Source: a virus (Duplodnaviria > Heunggongvirae > Uroviricota > Caudoviricetes). From it: 64,000 nucleotides of DNA. The position numbers and the translations under genes are program-made. The stretch's first letter is position 1. Each line of letters begins with the position of its first letter. Shown here piece after piece: positions 30,740-41,389 of the stretch. The stretch lies in the IMG/VR virus record IMGVR_UViG_3300045988_146577; one strand, given 5' to 3'. The notes beneath the pieces are model-generated. The model was not told where the DNA came from, did not search any database, and saw only the letters and a program-made list of their open reading frames with translations.

Positions 30740-31551
30740 GTCTCATCTCCCTTGAGCAAGTCTCTGTGACGCAAGTGATGCGTCGTATGTTTCTGATACA
30801 TTCCGCCGTAATAAGCACGACAACTAAGGCGGTCGATCTGGTGATGAAGAATCATTCCATCGCCGATATAAACCGCGCAGTGGTCAGGCATTTTCCCGTA
30901 TTGGATAAAGAAGATGTCCCCACGTTGAGGCTCTGTTCCGGGCGCAAGACGCACCAATCCCTCGTTACGGTAGTTCTGATCGAGAATGTCGTTATCGCCG
31001 GTGTACCACGATGGAATATGCAGGTGTGCGTTCGGGTTTAGTTCGACGTTAAACTCACGCTTCAAATAGTCCCGACACAACATCCAGCAATCGAATACGC
31101 CAAATACATACGGTCTGCCCAGATATGGCATTTCGAAACCATCAGGTGTGATCACATTCATCTCGCTAAAATGGAAAGGGGCATCTCCCTCAACATTCTT
31201 GCGAATAGCCAGAATCATCCACGGAACTTCCGTCGCTTCGCAGCCTGCACGATCGGCATCAGATGCTTCTGCTGATTCATCAGTATGTGAATGCCAGATT
31301 GCGATAACATCACCCGCATCCTCTGCCGCCATAATGTCGTCAACGTGCATTACAAAAGTGTTCTGCGGGTTCTCCGAAACATTCCGCGCTTCCATAAAGC
31401 GATATTTGTCGCCATTAGTTCTAACCAGAAAGCCACACGCTTCATTAGGGTAGCGATTTATGGCGCAGAGATAGATTTGCTGCATAACGTCAGAGCCAAG
31501 CTCAGGGATTGCTTTATTACCCATACCGCGTAGCTCCAATAAATCCGCCAA
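30727..31551 (-). CDS. tail assembly protein (lambda K-like; JAB/MPN + NlpC/P60)
   Basis: 274 aa; HSHTDES...D JAMM-like motif and DCWMLCRDY...H NlpC/P60 Cys-His. Confidence 0.8.
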   Translation of the reverse strand: MADLLELRGMGNKAIPELGSDVMQQIYLCAINRYPNEACGFLVRTNGDKYRFMEARNVSENPQNTFVMHVDDIMAAEDAGDVIAIWHSHTDESAEASDADRAGCEATEVPWMILAIRKNVEGDAPFHFSEMNVITPDGFEMPYLGRPYVFGVFDCWMLCRDYLKREFNVELNPNAHLHIPSWYTGDNDILDQNYRNEGLVRLAPGTEPQRGDIFFIQYGKMPDHCAVYIGDGMILHHQIDRLSCRAYYGGMYQKHTTHHLRHRDLLKGDETCLS

Positions 31552-32248
31552 AATGGATCACACCGTCGGCAAAATAATTCCGACGCGCATTACAGGCGTC
31601 ATAACGTTTTGTGCAGTAATCCGCACCAGACATAGACGTCTGCTGGTTATTTTTGTCGAAATATGGACCGGTATAGCCGCATTCTGGCCCTCGGTATTTC
31701 CACGGGCAGGTGTTTTTAATGATCTGACGATACGGCAGTTGCACCCCCATCAAATCGAACACACTGGACAATTCAAACTCGACAACCTGATGAGTTTCGA
31801 GAGTTTTCTGTTCGATAAACCACATTTCATCCGGGAAATGTTGGTTTGGATCTGCTGTTGGGTTGCCATCTTTAAAATTAACGGCATCGAGGAAGCGAGC
31901 CAGCGTCATCTTGCGAATAATGCGGCAGCCAACAAGATCGTCGTTTGCCTGAACTTCCGCAGAGACAGTTCCGGCAAAGTTCGATACCTGAATTTTTGGA
32001 CGTGGCAACGTTCCCTGGCCAGTTTTGTCAAAGCCTGATGCTTTGATTGGCCACGGCTCGTATGTCACTCCTTGCCAGACGACCGGTTGCATCAGTTCGT
32101 TTGTTCCGGCGTGGAAGAATAGCTCCCCCCCTGAAGTTGTGTTCGACATATCCAGTACGAACAACTCAATGAGTGCAGAGGGAGATAAGCTCTGAATATC
32201 AGCTTTAATTCCCATTGTTTCATCCTTGAAATAAGTAGGCGCTAACAT
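31517..32248 (-). CDS. minor tail protein (lambda L-like)
   Basis: 243 aa; C-terminal Cys cluster CPWKYRGPECGY...C; position between M and K. Confidence 0.75.
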   Translation of the reverse strand: MLAPTYFKDETMGIKADIQSLSPSALIELFVLDMSNTTSGGELFFHAGTNELMQPVVWQGVTYEPWPIKASGFDKTGQGTLPRPKIQVSNFAGTVSAEVQANDDLVGCRIIRKMTLARFLDAVNFKDGNPTADPNQHFPDEMWFIEQKTLETHQVVEFELSSVFDLMGVQLPYRQIIKNTCPWKYRGPECGYTGPYFDKNNQQTSMSGADYCTKRYDACNARRNYFADGVIHFGGFIGATRYG

Positions 32249-32297
32249 CCTGTCAGCGCCACAATGATAGTAAATTAGTACTTACTTATCCAGATAC

Positions 32298-32633
32298 TTA
32301 AGCCTCAAATACTTGTCTGAATGTAGCAGTTAAGACACAGTACCCCTGATATCGCTTGACCGTATGACTGTCACATACAACTACAATCCGTTTTCCTCTT
32401 GGATTAACCCAATAGAACGACTCAACGCCTGCTCGCTCAGTCAGGAAGTCATCGATTGCATTAATTTCGTTGTATGATCTGGTAAAGGTTAACGACCATT
32501 CTTCTTTAATACGATTAAGACCTTGAGCCTGTCGCTGCTCGTAGTCATCACCAAAATTAAGTATCGTTACATTCGGTTTTACGCTTTTTTCAGATTCGTA
32601 ATCTGGATACCAATTAAACGTTTGTCTTTCCAT
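32298..32633 (-). CDS. minor tail protein (lambda M-like)
   Basis: 111 aa; position between tape measure and L. Confidence 0.65.
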   Translation of the reverse strand: MERQTFNWYPDYESEKSVKPNVTILNFGDDYEQRQAQGLNRIKEEWSLTFTRSYNEINAIDDFLTERAGVESFYWVNPRGKRIVVVCDSHTVKRYQGYCVLTATFRQVFEA

Positions 32634-32675
32634 CTCACATCCTTGTGAGACTGCCCCGGTCGGGGCAGTCGATAG

Positions 32676-35600
32676 TTAGTTACGTTGAGTGTTTGGGTTG
32701 AGTGATCCGCCAGGGCGTTTCTCTTGAGCGATAGTCTCAAGCGCGATTGCTTTCATCCGTTGAGCGGCATTGTTCCATATGCTTTCTGTATCGCCGGATT
32801 CAGTTGCGCTACCGTCACTATGGACGTTGATCTCAATTGATACCGGAGAAAGAACATTTCCTCCTCCACTCATGCCATCGGTACTGAGCGTTACAGGGAT
32901 TGTTCGACCATCAGGCAATGGAACATACGCCTCATTCATATCGCCTTCCCCAAACAACGCCAATTGAGGTGAGTTGGCGATACCGCCTTTCTGGTATGCC
33001 CGGAGCGGGATCACGCCGTCTTTTCCGAATATGCCACCATTTGCAAACTTCGGAATTGCAGGAATACCATTCGTGCCATCGGCAGCAGAACTGGTCAGAT
33101 TGTTGAACCCGGAAGTTGAACCAGAAGAACCGGACATCAATCCATCGAATCCACCACTAGCCCATACTGAAACCAAACCAGATGCAACTGTCGCGCCGAA
33201 ATTCAACCACTTATTACCAGAGCCGGAAGCATTAGCTCCAAGCATTGCAAACGCGGCAGACAGCGCGCCGGTAACAGAACTGAGGTTCTGCATCGAGAAG
33301 ATGGAGTCCTTCACGGCTTTTGTCTCGGCATCTTTGGCTTCAGTGCTATCAAATAGCCCTGATACCCAGCTACCAATCGCATTTGTTGCAGTGCCAATTG
33401 CGCTGGTGGTCTGCTGTGTTGTTTGCCCCAATCCAGTTACCGAACTGGACGTCTCCTTCGTGGCTTCTCCTACCGACTTGTCGCCATTAACAGTGTTGCT
33501 TATGCGCACACCTTGATTGGCAACTGCGGAAGCAACCCCGGTGAGCAAATTACCACTCTGTGAACTACCAGCTGCGGTGGCTCCCATCCCCAACATGTTC
33601 ATTAGAGGCAGCGTGATTTGCGACTTCACGACCATATTGGTGATATCTTTCAAAATGGACTGAGACAGGCTGGAGAAGCTCATCTTCCCGTTAATAACGA
33701 AATCAGTCAGGACATCAGTTAAGCCACTAAACAAATCAGTCCAGGTGCTTTCGATCTGCTCTGCCAGGTTTTCGTATTCCAGTGCCAACTTCTGCGTCGC
33801 AGTCCCCGTCTCTTTAATAAGCGCGGTATTGCCAGCAGCAATCAGTTGATTGATTTTCTTTGTATAAAGCGCCACAACTTTAGGATCAGACGCCTTATCA
33901 CGAAGTTCTATCAACGCTTTGAGATTGCGGTTGTAGGTGTCTTCGAAATCAGCAACTTTATCTTCGCGAGACGGCGTATAGCCAGCACTAATAATGGAAT
34001 CCGCCTTCGGTGCCCAAGTGGAGATCATCTGCTCAACATTGCGGCGATTAAACATCTCGCGATATTCAGGTGTCGCATTTTTGAGGTCTTCAAGACGTTT
34101 TTTCGCCTTGTCGATCATCTCTTGAGTGATGAACTCGTTAGGAACCGCATTAGCCAAATCTGTCAGCGATTTCGTTGTATCGCGAAGAGACTGATCAAAC
34201 GATACCGTAGCCTTAGAGCTTTCACCCATTTGCCCCATAAGCTGATCGGCTTTATCCAGAGCCTTCTGGTATCCGGCTGCCAGTTTCTGTTGCGCTGCCT
34301 GTTCCTTCTTGGCCGCACGCTGCGAGGCGTTAGCTGATCGTTGGGCTGCTTTCTCGGCAGCTGCTGCATCCTGTTCACGAGCTTTAGTCAGTGCAGCAAT
34401 GGCTGCGGCACGCTCTTCATCGCTCATTTTCTCCAGAGAGCTGGCACTGGATGCTTTCTGCAAATTAAGCTGCGTCTTGAGTTGTTTAGGCCCAATAATC
34501 GGCTTACCTTCGAAGTCCATCATCGGAGTGCCGTCAGGCAGAGTACGCTGATAAGTCGCAGAATCCATCTGGTTTCGCATATATTGCGCCAGCGCCTTCT
34601 GAGCTGCTTTATCAGTTGTACCTAACCCCAGAACATCTCCATTGATTGACACTAAGCCATTACCACTTTTGGCCGCGTTATCCCTCTTAAACTCTGCCTG
34701 AGTCAGTTCCTGAGCGACGACTTCCAAATTCTCCTGATAACCACGAATACTGCCTTGCAGTTTCTTGATCTGCTCGGTGTTTCCTTCCCTTTTCGCTTTT
34801 TCAAGCTGATCATTAAGAGTGGCTATTTGCCCCTCGACAGCATTCTTACGAGAAGAAAGTGAATCAACCAATTCTTGCGCTGGTTTCAGATAGCTTTTGT
34901 TTACCGTTTCACGTAACGGTGCCAATAGCTTGTTCTTTTCGTCATCTGAAAGTGAACCGTCATCCTTGATTTTCTGAATCTTCTCCAGAGCCTCCTGACG
35001 AGATTTAACGAATGTTGCCGCAAAGTCTCTATTCTCTTCGAGTATTTTCTCTATCTGTGATTCTGCCGCATCTTTTGCAAGACGTTTTGCAACAGCTGTG
35101 TCTCCACGTTCAATAGCCCCAGTAGTTTTATCGAGTTCCTTACGAAGATCATTTAACCCAGTTTCTATTCGCTTCCGTTCATCCTGATCAATCTTTACTG
35201 TGGTTCCAGCCATACCCGGCCCATAAACCACCTTTTCGCCAGATTTTAACTGTTGTTCCTTTTGCGTGATTTGTTGCTCGAGACGCGCTTTATACTCCGC
35301 CATCTGTGCACGTTTGGCCGCCGTCATCGCTTCTGGTATTTTCCTAATCTCGTCAACGACCTTTGAAGTTTCGCTACGAAGCATGGTCATATACGTGATT
35401 AAGCCAGCAACAGCGGTCATTGCAGCAGTGAAAACAAAACCTATCGGATTCGCCGCAATAAACGCAGTCAAGCCAGCAAAAGCGCCTTTAAGCCCCGTAA
35501 TCGCCCCACGGATGGCGAAAATAAGAGAGGGGATCGGAGCCAGCCCCATACGTGCCGCACGATTGAATCGGGTTACTGCTGTAGCGCCGAGGTTAAATGG

Positions 35601-37274
35601 AGTCTGTATGGCGGTCGCCATCGTGGCAAAGGTGCTAACCATCTGGCTGCCTGCGCCAACTACCCCCATGATCCCTGCTCGCATCAGTTTGAACGCAACC
35701 ATCGCGGCCACGACCTTACCGAGATTAATTACCAGCTCTTGGTTCTTTGCTAACCATTGAGCAAGCTGACGCAACCCATCGATTGCCGTTGTTAACCCCG
35801 AACCTAAAGAATTGGCAAACGAAATCCCTTCGGCGCTATTCATGATTGAAGCCAGTTCTTTCATCCCCTTCGATAGAGAATCCAGATATCCGGCCTGACC
35901 AACCCGATCAGCAAATAACGAGAATGACGTCTGAAGTTGCGCCAGCGCACCTGTGTAGGTTTGCATCATGTCTTTCGCTGCGTTCTCATTCTCCGCACGC
36001 AGACCAACAAACATCAGAGACAACGCCTGTTTTGCCTCAACCATACCGCTGGCAACGGCTTTAGTCAGTTCCCCCATAGTGATGCCTGCGGCGTCTGCCA
36101 TTGCCTGCATCGCGTTAGGAACGGCTTCACCTAATTGCTGACGTAGCTCTTCCATTGACACAACGCCCTTACCGGACATCTGCTGAACGGCCACAGCCGC
36201 ACGTTTCAACAGCTCACTATCACCACCAAAACGAGCAACGGAGTCCACCAGCGCCTTCAGAGAACCATCGGTTGGATCTAAGCCAGCAGAACGAAACTTC
36301 ACGAAGGAGTCTGTTAACGCCTGCATCGCGAACGGCGCATTTTGAGCCATGTCTACGATGTACTTCATATCATCAGCGGCAGCCTGGCCCGGGTTGGACT
36401 TCTCCTTATTCAACCCTCGAAGCATCACCCGCATACGTTCCATTTCGGCCGCAGCTTCAACAATAGGCTTCTGCCACCCAAACATGATGTCAGTAACCGT
36501 TCTGGCTGCATCTCCGATCTCGCCAAGCAGGAAAATGTTGCCACGAAGGCCAGAGAACATACCTCCTTCGTTACTTTTACCGCTATGGCCAGAAGCGCCG
36601 CTACGCCGCCCGCTACCACCATCGCCACTTCCAGATGTACGAACGCGTACCGGCTTGCTAATCAGTTGCTGACGTCCGATAACTTCGTCCATCTGCTCAC
36701 GAACCTTTTTCAGTCCCTCGGCAGCCTGACTCGTTGTGACACCCCAATTACTGAGTCGCTTCGTCGTGGTATTAAGGCGCGTATTCATGCCACTCACGGA
36801 CGCAGAGGCTTCTTTGACCTCCGTACCAAAGCGGCTTGCGCTTTTGCTTGCATAGGTCGCCCAATCAGAGAAATCATTTAGCTCTGATTGCACTTTACGT
36901 AATGACGCGGTGAGTTTATCTACTGAAGAAGTTGTCGTATCGACGCGCTCAATCAGGGCTTTAAGACCAGAATTGAGGCTGGTGATGTTGCCACGCATTT
37001 TACGCGTAGCATCTGAAGCAAGCTCAAAACCGGCAGCTACATCCTGTAGTTTATCTGCCGTAGAATCGAGCTTGCTTTCCAGAACGCCAATGATACGGGC
37101 GACCGAACCCAAAGAGCGTTCAAAGGTTTGGATTTTTTGAGCAGGCTTTGTTACCTGCTCACCAAATCGAGTAAGCAGTTTCCCCGCACGATCGATTGAC
37201 GCTGTAAACTGTTTGTCTTCCAGCGACAGGATAAACTCTACGTTTTGTGACATTCCCTTGTCATCCTCTGCCAA
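32676..37274 (-). CDS. tail tape measure protein
   Basis: 1532 aa; coiled-coil-rich with Gly/Ala-rich hydrophobic segments; follows G/T chaperone pair. Confidence 0.9.
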   Translation of the reverse strand: MAEDDKGMSQNVEFILSLEDKQFTASIDRAGKLLTRFGEQVTKPAQKIQTFERSLGSVARIIGVLESKLDSTADKLQDVAAGFELASDATRKMRGNITSLNSGLKALIERVDTTTSSVDKLTASLRKVQSELNDFSDWATYASKSASRFGTEVKEASASVSGMNTRLNTTTKRLSNWGVTTSQAAEGLKKVREQMDEVIGRQQLISKPVRVRTSGSGDGGSGRRSGASGHSGKSNEGGMFSGLRGNIFLLGEIGDAARTVTDIMFGWQKPIVEAAAEMERMRVMLRGLNKEKSNPGQAAADDMKYIVDMAQNAPFAMQALTDSFVKFRSAGLDPTDGSLKALVDSVARFGGDSELLKRAAVAVQQMSGKGVVSMEELRQQLGEAVPNAMQAMADAAGITMGELTKAVASGMVEAKQALSLMFVGLRAENENAAKDMMQTYTGALAQLQTSFSLFADRVGQAGYLDSLSKGMKELASIMNSAEGISFANSLGSGLTTAIDGLRQLAQWLAKNQELVINLGKVVAAMVAFKLMRAGIMGVVGAGSQMVSTFATMATAIQTPFNLGATAVTRFNRAARMGLAPIPSLIFAIRGAITGLKGAFAGLTAFIAANPIGFVFTAAMTAVAGLITYMTMLRSETSKVVDEIRKIPEAMTAAKRAQMAEYKARLEQQITQKEQQLKSGEKVVYGPGMAGTTVKIDQDERKRIETGLNDLRKELDKTTGAIERGDTAVAKRLAKDAAESQIEKILEENRDFAATFVKSRQEALEKIQKIKDDGSLSDDEKNKLLAPLRETVNKSYLKPAQELVDSLSSRKNAVEGQIATLNDQLEKAKREGNTEQIKKLQGSIRGYQENLEVVAQELTQAEFKRDNAAKSGNGLVSINGDVLGLGTTDKAAQKALAQYMRNQMDSATYQRTLPDGTPMMDFEGKPIIGPKQLKTQLNLQKASSASSLEKMSDEERAAAIAALTKAREQDAAAAEKAAQRSANASQRAAKKEQAAQQKLAAGYQKALDKADQLMGQMGESSKATVSFDQSLRDTTKSLTDLANAVPNEFITQEMIDKAKKRLEDLKNATPEYREMFNRRNVEQMISTWAPKADSIISAGYTPSREDKVADFEDTYNRNLKALIELRDKASDPKVVALYTKKINQLIAAGNTALIKETGTATQKLALEYENLAEQIESTWTDLFSGLTDVLTDFVINGKMSFSSLSQSILKDITNMVVKSQITLPLMNMLGMGATAAGSSQSGNLLTGVASAVANQGVRISNTVNGDKSVGEATKETSSSVTGLGQTTQQTTSAIGTATNAIGSWVSGLFDSTEAKDAETKAVKDSIFSMQNLSSVTGALSAAFAMLGANASGSGNKWLNFGATVASGLVSVWASGGFDGLMSGSSGSTSGFNNLTSSAADGTNGIPAIPKFANGGIFGKDGVIPLRAYQKGGIANSPQLALFGEGDMNEAYVPLPDGRTIPVTLSTDGMSGGGNVLSPVSIEINVHSDGSATESGDTESIWNNAAQRMKAIALETIAQEKRPGGSLNPNTQRN

Positions 37275-37530
37275 ATATTTGCATCAGTTGCTCTTTGGCG
37301 TCAGGGTCTGCCTTATCCTGGCTTGGATCGTAGACTTTATCTGTTACGACTGGTCTTCCAATCCTGAGTTGCAAACCCTCCATGAACGCCTTCACAGCCT
37401 CGCCATCCGCCTGGGACGCACGAGCGACTTGTAAGTTGCGGACATCCTCTTCCGCACGCAGACGGTCTATATTGCGACTGAGCATCCAGAACATCGTGAG
37501 AGGAACGTTCAGTAGCTCTAATGGCGACAC
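37261..37530 (-). CDS. tail assembly chaperone T-like (frameshift extension of G)
   Basis: ORF in -1 frame relative to the upstream chaperone gene; this frame is open upstream to about 37647, overlapping the chaperone 3' end. Confidence 0.55.
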   Translation of the reverse strand: MSPLELLNVPLTMFWMLSRNIDRLRAEEDVRNLQVARASQADGEAVKAFMEGLQLRIGRPVVTDKVYDPSQDKADPDAKEQLMQIFGRG

Positions 37531-37610
37531 GGCGTAGTGAGCAACTACACGACTGAAATAGAATCCGAGATCTATTGAGACGGTCCTTGTCCCGGATTCA
37601 TCGCGGGAAA

Positions 37611-37928
37611 TTACTTTGCCCCTTCGCCAGCCGCTTTTTCGTTTTCTTCATCAATCACTTCCATAGCGAAGGTGAAGATCTGCTGGAGTTGCGGAACAGT
37701 CAGTTTTTCAAGAACTTCGTCAGGTACTGAAGGGATAACCTTACGAACCAGATCTGCATAAGCTGTCACTTGCTCAACAGGAGACATGTTCATGAGATCT
37801 TTGCCTTCCATCTGCTTGATGGAAACGAACAGACCTACCGTCATTTCAACGATGGGATATTCCTGACCGCCAAATTTGATGCTTTTCTTCGGAGGCAGAA
37901 TGGAATCGAGATCGAGTAATTTGGTCAT
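37611..37928 (-). CDS. tail assembly chaperone (lambda G-like)
   Basis: 105 aa acidic protein between major tail and tape measure genes. Confidence 0.65.
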   Translation of the reverse strand: MTKLLDLDSILPPKKSIKFGGQEYPIVEMTVGLFVSIKQMEGKDLMNMSPVEQVTAYADLVRKVIPSVPDEVLEKLTVPQLQQIFTFAMEVIDEENEKAAGEGAK

Positions 37929-37983
37929 TGGTTAAAATCCTTTTAAAAGAGAGGCCCATCCTGAGCCTCTGCTTAATTACTGA

Positions 37984-38766
37984 TTAATCTGCGGGGTTAA
38001 TCGTTACTGACTTAGTTGCCTTCTTACCACCGCTATTGCTGGTGAAGGAAATATTTGTAGAACCCTGCGCCACACCACGTACCAGACCCGTTTGATCTAC
38101 CGTGGCCTTTTCCTGGTCTTCGGATTCCCAAACACCGGTTTTGTCTGCGGCATCAGCTGGAGTGATTTCGGCTGTCAGTTGCACAGTTTCTCCAGCTTTT
38201 ACGGTTGGAGATTCCGGTGAGATCGACACAGTTTTTACCGGTTTAGGACCGCTCATTTTGCCCAGAACGCCTTCATCATCCGGGTATGCGCTGAACTGAA
38301 CAGAGAACACACGAACATCATCAGACTGGTAGGTCATAGTGAAGTTGCCCGCGGTTGCCGCTTTCGGGATGGTCAACACATAGTCGGTGGTGTCCTGCGG
38401 AGTCAGAACCAGCTCCTTCGCCACATCAATCAGGTTAACGCCCTGTGCAGATGTGATCGTGACAGAGTTGTCATCTTCGCTCAGAGTAGAACCAGGCATC
38501 AGGTCAACCATGTTTTGGAGTACAGACTCAGCCAGAGGCGCGGTGATGGTAATGTTGCGCCCCTGAACTAATTCGGAAATTACGGTCTGCCCCAACTGAT
38601 CGACGGTGACTTTCAGCGTTTCAGTGGCTACTTCAACCTGAACACCACCTTTGGTGTAACCCAAATCCACACCACCAAACGACACCTTACAGGCACCAAG
38701 TTTGATGTTTTTTACATGGGTATTAGACATTGATGGAAAACTCCTTTTTCCGTTAATTCTACGCAT
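37984..38766 (-). CDS. major tail protein with C-terminal Ig-like (Big_2-type) domain
   Basis: 260 aa (likely start MSNTHVK near 38730); C-terminal segment VQLTAEITPADAADKTGVWESEDQEKATVDQTGLV typical of Ig-like domains. Confidence 0.75.
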   Translation of the reverse strand: MRRINGKRSFPSMSNTHVKNIKLGACKVSFGGVDLGYTKGGVQVEVATETLKVTVDQLGQTVISELVQGRNITITAPLAESVLQNMVDLMPGSTLSEDDNSVTITSAQGVNLIDVAKELVLTPQDTTDYVLTIPKAATAGNFTMTYQSDDVRVFSVQFSAYPDDEGVLGKMSGPKPVKTVSISPESPTVKAGETVQLTAEITPADAADKTGVWESEDQEKATVDQTGLVRGVAQGSTNISFTSNSGGKKATKSVTINPAD

Positions 38767-38804
38767 TCATTGCGCTAATAGTAAGTATATACTTACTAAT
38801 TGAG

Positions 38805-39188
38805 TTAATTCAATAAATAGCCAGCAAATTCAACAGGAATGCCTGCTTCTATTAATGCCCCATCATTTTTGGGATAAATGATTGGCATCGCCATCGGTCG
38901 TACAAGTCGAAAATAAACACCACCAGATTCCGTTTCCTCTACTGGAAACATCTCAATGATTTTATTGGCTTTCTCAACCGTCGTAGTAATTGACGAACCA
39001 CGCACAATGATTGTGAATGATTCGAGATAAAAGCCCTGTAGCTCATGATCGATGCTGATACCGGTATTTGGGTTAATAAGCAGGACGCCAGATTTCACAT
39101 TGGCAGGCAAGTAGTGACAGAAAATGTCAGTCCCGACCGTGCCAATCTTTGCCTTCTGCATCAAACTTGCAAACGCTTCAATAAACAC
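38805..39188 (-). CDS. tail terminator / tail completion protein
   Basis: Start re-assigned to GTG at 39188 abutting upstream stop (track start 39311 would overlap upstream gene by ~120 nt). Confidence 0.45.
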   Translation of the reverse strand: MFIEAFASLMQKAKIGTVGTDIFCHYLPANVKSGVLLINPNTGISIDHELQGFYLESFTIIVRGSSITTTVEKANKIIEMFPVEETESGGVYFRLVRPMAMPIIYPKNDGALIEAGIPVEFAGYLLN

Positions 39189-39189
39189 A

Positions 39190-39663
39190 TTAACCTCTCG
39201 TAAATCCGGCTTTTCTGGCAGCCTCAAGAATCGCTTCTGAGAACTGCTTCTCGCTAATTTCCACCGCTCTTTCCAGAAAGTGTGGCCCAACACGGGGTTT
39301 AACACCGGCAATTGGTGGGTTTGTCACGTTCTTCATTCGAGAAAGATAACCGAGTCGGTATTTACCCAGCTCCATGTACTTAGCATAGTCACCTACTTCT
39401 ACGCCCGGATGCCCCTGACGTGGTTTTGCTCCAGACACAGAAAGCTCAATACGCAGCCCTGAATAACCTTCTTTAATCACCCTGGCAAAGATGGCTGTCT
39501 CCAGAGATCCGGTTTCCAGCGGGGCCATTGCACGGCTGAGACGCTCAACCAAACGCGCCAGCTTTTCCATGTCCCGAATAAGATATCGCTTAAATGCTTT
39601 CTGGCTGTTGTTGAGTCGATTCCCCGCACGTTTGAACTGATGCGCATCGTATTTCAGACCCAT
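39190..39663 (-). CDS. head-tail joining / tail completion protein
   Basis: 157 aa ORF in the head-tail connector region. Confidence 0.45.
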   Translation of the reverse strand: MGLKYDAHQFKRAGNRLNNSQKAFKRYLIRDMEKLARLVERLSRAMAPLETGSLETAIFARVIKEGYSGLRIELSVSGAKPRQGHPGVEVGDYAKYMELGKYRLGYLSRMKNVTNPPIAGVKPRVGPHFLERAVEISEKQFSEAILEAARKAGFTRG

Positions 39664-40094
39664 ATATTCGCCCCTACTTCAAGATGCCCAGGTCTTCCTC
39701 GTAGCCCCCAGCGGCGATGAACACTGGACACCTTTAATTTTTGACCTTCAAGGATCAGTACATCATCAAGTTGTACAGCCGCTTCCAAAGGGACAACTAA
39801 CACAGCATCAAACAGCTCCAGACTCGCCTTACCACGACTACCAGAGCTATCAGCACGAACTGACGATTTCTCATTACTCTGTTCGAACTTAACCACGCCG
39901 ACATTCGTCTTCCTGACGAATTGTAATTGCGCCTCACCGTAAACGTTCTTTGCGCCAAAGCGGTAGATCGCAATTTCTGTTTGCCATGAAATATTCATGC
40001 TCTCTCCCTGTTGTTGTCGGTCGCTCTCATTACTGGCCAAAAACCCTTTAGACCAAAAGTAAATAATGCGACTGGCGTTACGCACGGCGAACAA
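39654..40094 (-). CDS. head-tail adaptor / head closure protein
   Basis: 146 aa ORF; start may be internal (MNISWQ...) since it overlaps upstream gene. Confidence 0.4.
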   Translation of the reverse strand: MFAVRNASRIIYFWSKGFLASNESDRQQQGESMNISWQTEIAIYRFGAKNVYGEAQLQFVRKTNVGVVKFEQSNEKSSVRADSSGSRGKASLELFDAVLVVPLEAAVQLDDVLILEGQKLKVSSVHRRWGLRGRPGHLEVGANIWV

Positions 40095-40911
40095 TCATAC
40101 GGTTGTTGATGTAACTGACCAGCAAGCGCCAGGTACTACGAGCCACATGCACGTTTGCAGCTTTACCGGTACGGTACATATTGGTTGTTTCACCGATGGA
40201 CTCTGACAAAATGCCATCCTCTCGTGCTGCGGCTACATCATTGCCATTTGCGATCTCACACGCTTCGTTGACAACGGCAAGCATCAACGCTTCTTTGAAG
40301 TAGTCAGGGAACTCTTCAAACTTCTCCTGCGTCATCTTTTCCCAATCGACTAAATCATGCCGGTACGCTCCATCTGCTCCCCACGGAATGTCATACACAT
40401 TCAGCATATTTTGAGGGCGATCGTATCGGTCAAAGTCGATACGTAGAATTTTGCGGATTGAGAACGGTAAAGTTTTAATTCGTCTGGTAGCCTCAATGAG
40501 ACGCTTGCGCATTAAGCCTTCACCATCCGACAGCAAAGTGTCCCCATTCAGCATATCGATCGCCTGCATTTGAGCATCAGCGACAGTTGCAAACGACTGT
40601 TCTGGTATCGACAGTTCAAAACTATTCAGCAGAACATACATTTGCCGCTCTTCATGCGTCAGACCCGATGCAACAGCCTTCACAATGACGTACCGCAGAT
40701 CGCGTTCTTTCTCAGAGAGCTGGTTATATTCAGCCGACACGACAACCGGAATCGACATTTGACCGCTGGTAATTTCTAGCGGCTCGCCATCAACGAGAAT
40801 AGCCCCGGTGCTGTCCTTTACTGTGTAGGTAGCAGATTCGATATCCAGCACGTTGAAGGCAAATGAAAGGGAAACAGCTTCACCGCTACGATACGAGTCG
40901 ATCTGCGCCAT
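40078..40911 (-). CDS. hypothetical virion-associated protein
   Basis: 277 aa ORF in head-tail connector region. Confidence 0.4.
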   Translation of the reverse strand: MAQIDSYRSGEAVSLSFAFNVLDIESATYTVKDSTGAILVDGEPLEITSGQMSIPVVVSAEYNQLSEKERDLRYVIVKAVASGLTHEERQMYVLLNSFELSIPEQSFATVADAQMQAIDMLNGDTLLSDGEGLMRKRLIEATRRIKTLPFSIRKILRIDFDRYDRPQNMLNVYDIPWGADGAYRHDLVDWEKMTQEKFEEFPDYFKEALMLAVVNEACEIANGNDVAAAREDGILSESIGETTNMYRTGKAANVHVARSTWRLLVSYINNRMIVRRA

Positions 40912-41345
40912 TACTCACCGCCTTGTGCTTTCAGGATGCCTTCAATCATCTCGACAATTCCTTTCGCTTTGACACCAACCTGATTACCAATCACACGTAG
41001 ACCGGCAATGCCTTCATTGTCTGCAATTGACTCCAACTCTTCTCGTGTGAAAGTCTGGATCTGTTTGGCCGGTTCATCTGGTGTCCCACGTTTCATTGGC
41101 ACAATGTCAGGTGCTGCTGGCTCGGTAATCAGGTCTGCGGTCAACTCGCCACGATCACTGTATGCGGCAGACGGAGAAACATTTTTGCCCTCGACTGTTG
41201 ATGCTCGCATTGAGGCACAAATCCTTTGCTGATCGATAAAAGGCAACTCCGCTACGGACACCCCGTTCTCGAACTGAACGCCGCACAACATTCCCGAATA
41301 ACCGGAAAATTGCGGTTCTAATAAAACAATTTTTGCTGGTTTCAT
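40911..41345 (-). CDS. hypothetical head protein
   Basis: 144 aa ORF abutting downstream gene. Confidence 0.4.
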   Translation of the reverse strand: MKPAKIVLLEPQFSGYSGMLCGVQFENGVSVAELPFIDQQRICASMRASTVEGKNVSPSAAYSDRGELTADLITEPAAPDIVPMKRGTPDEPAKQIQTFTREELESIADNEGIAGLRVIGNQVGVKAKGIVEMIEGILKAQGGE

Positions 41346-41389
41346 AACGCATTCTCTCTACATGGGCGGCTTTCGCCGCCCAATATTGA

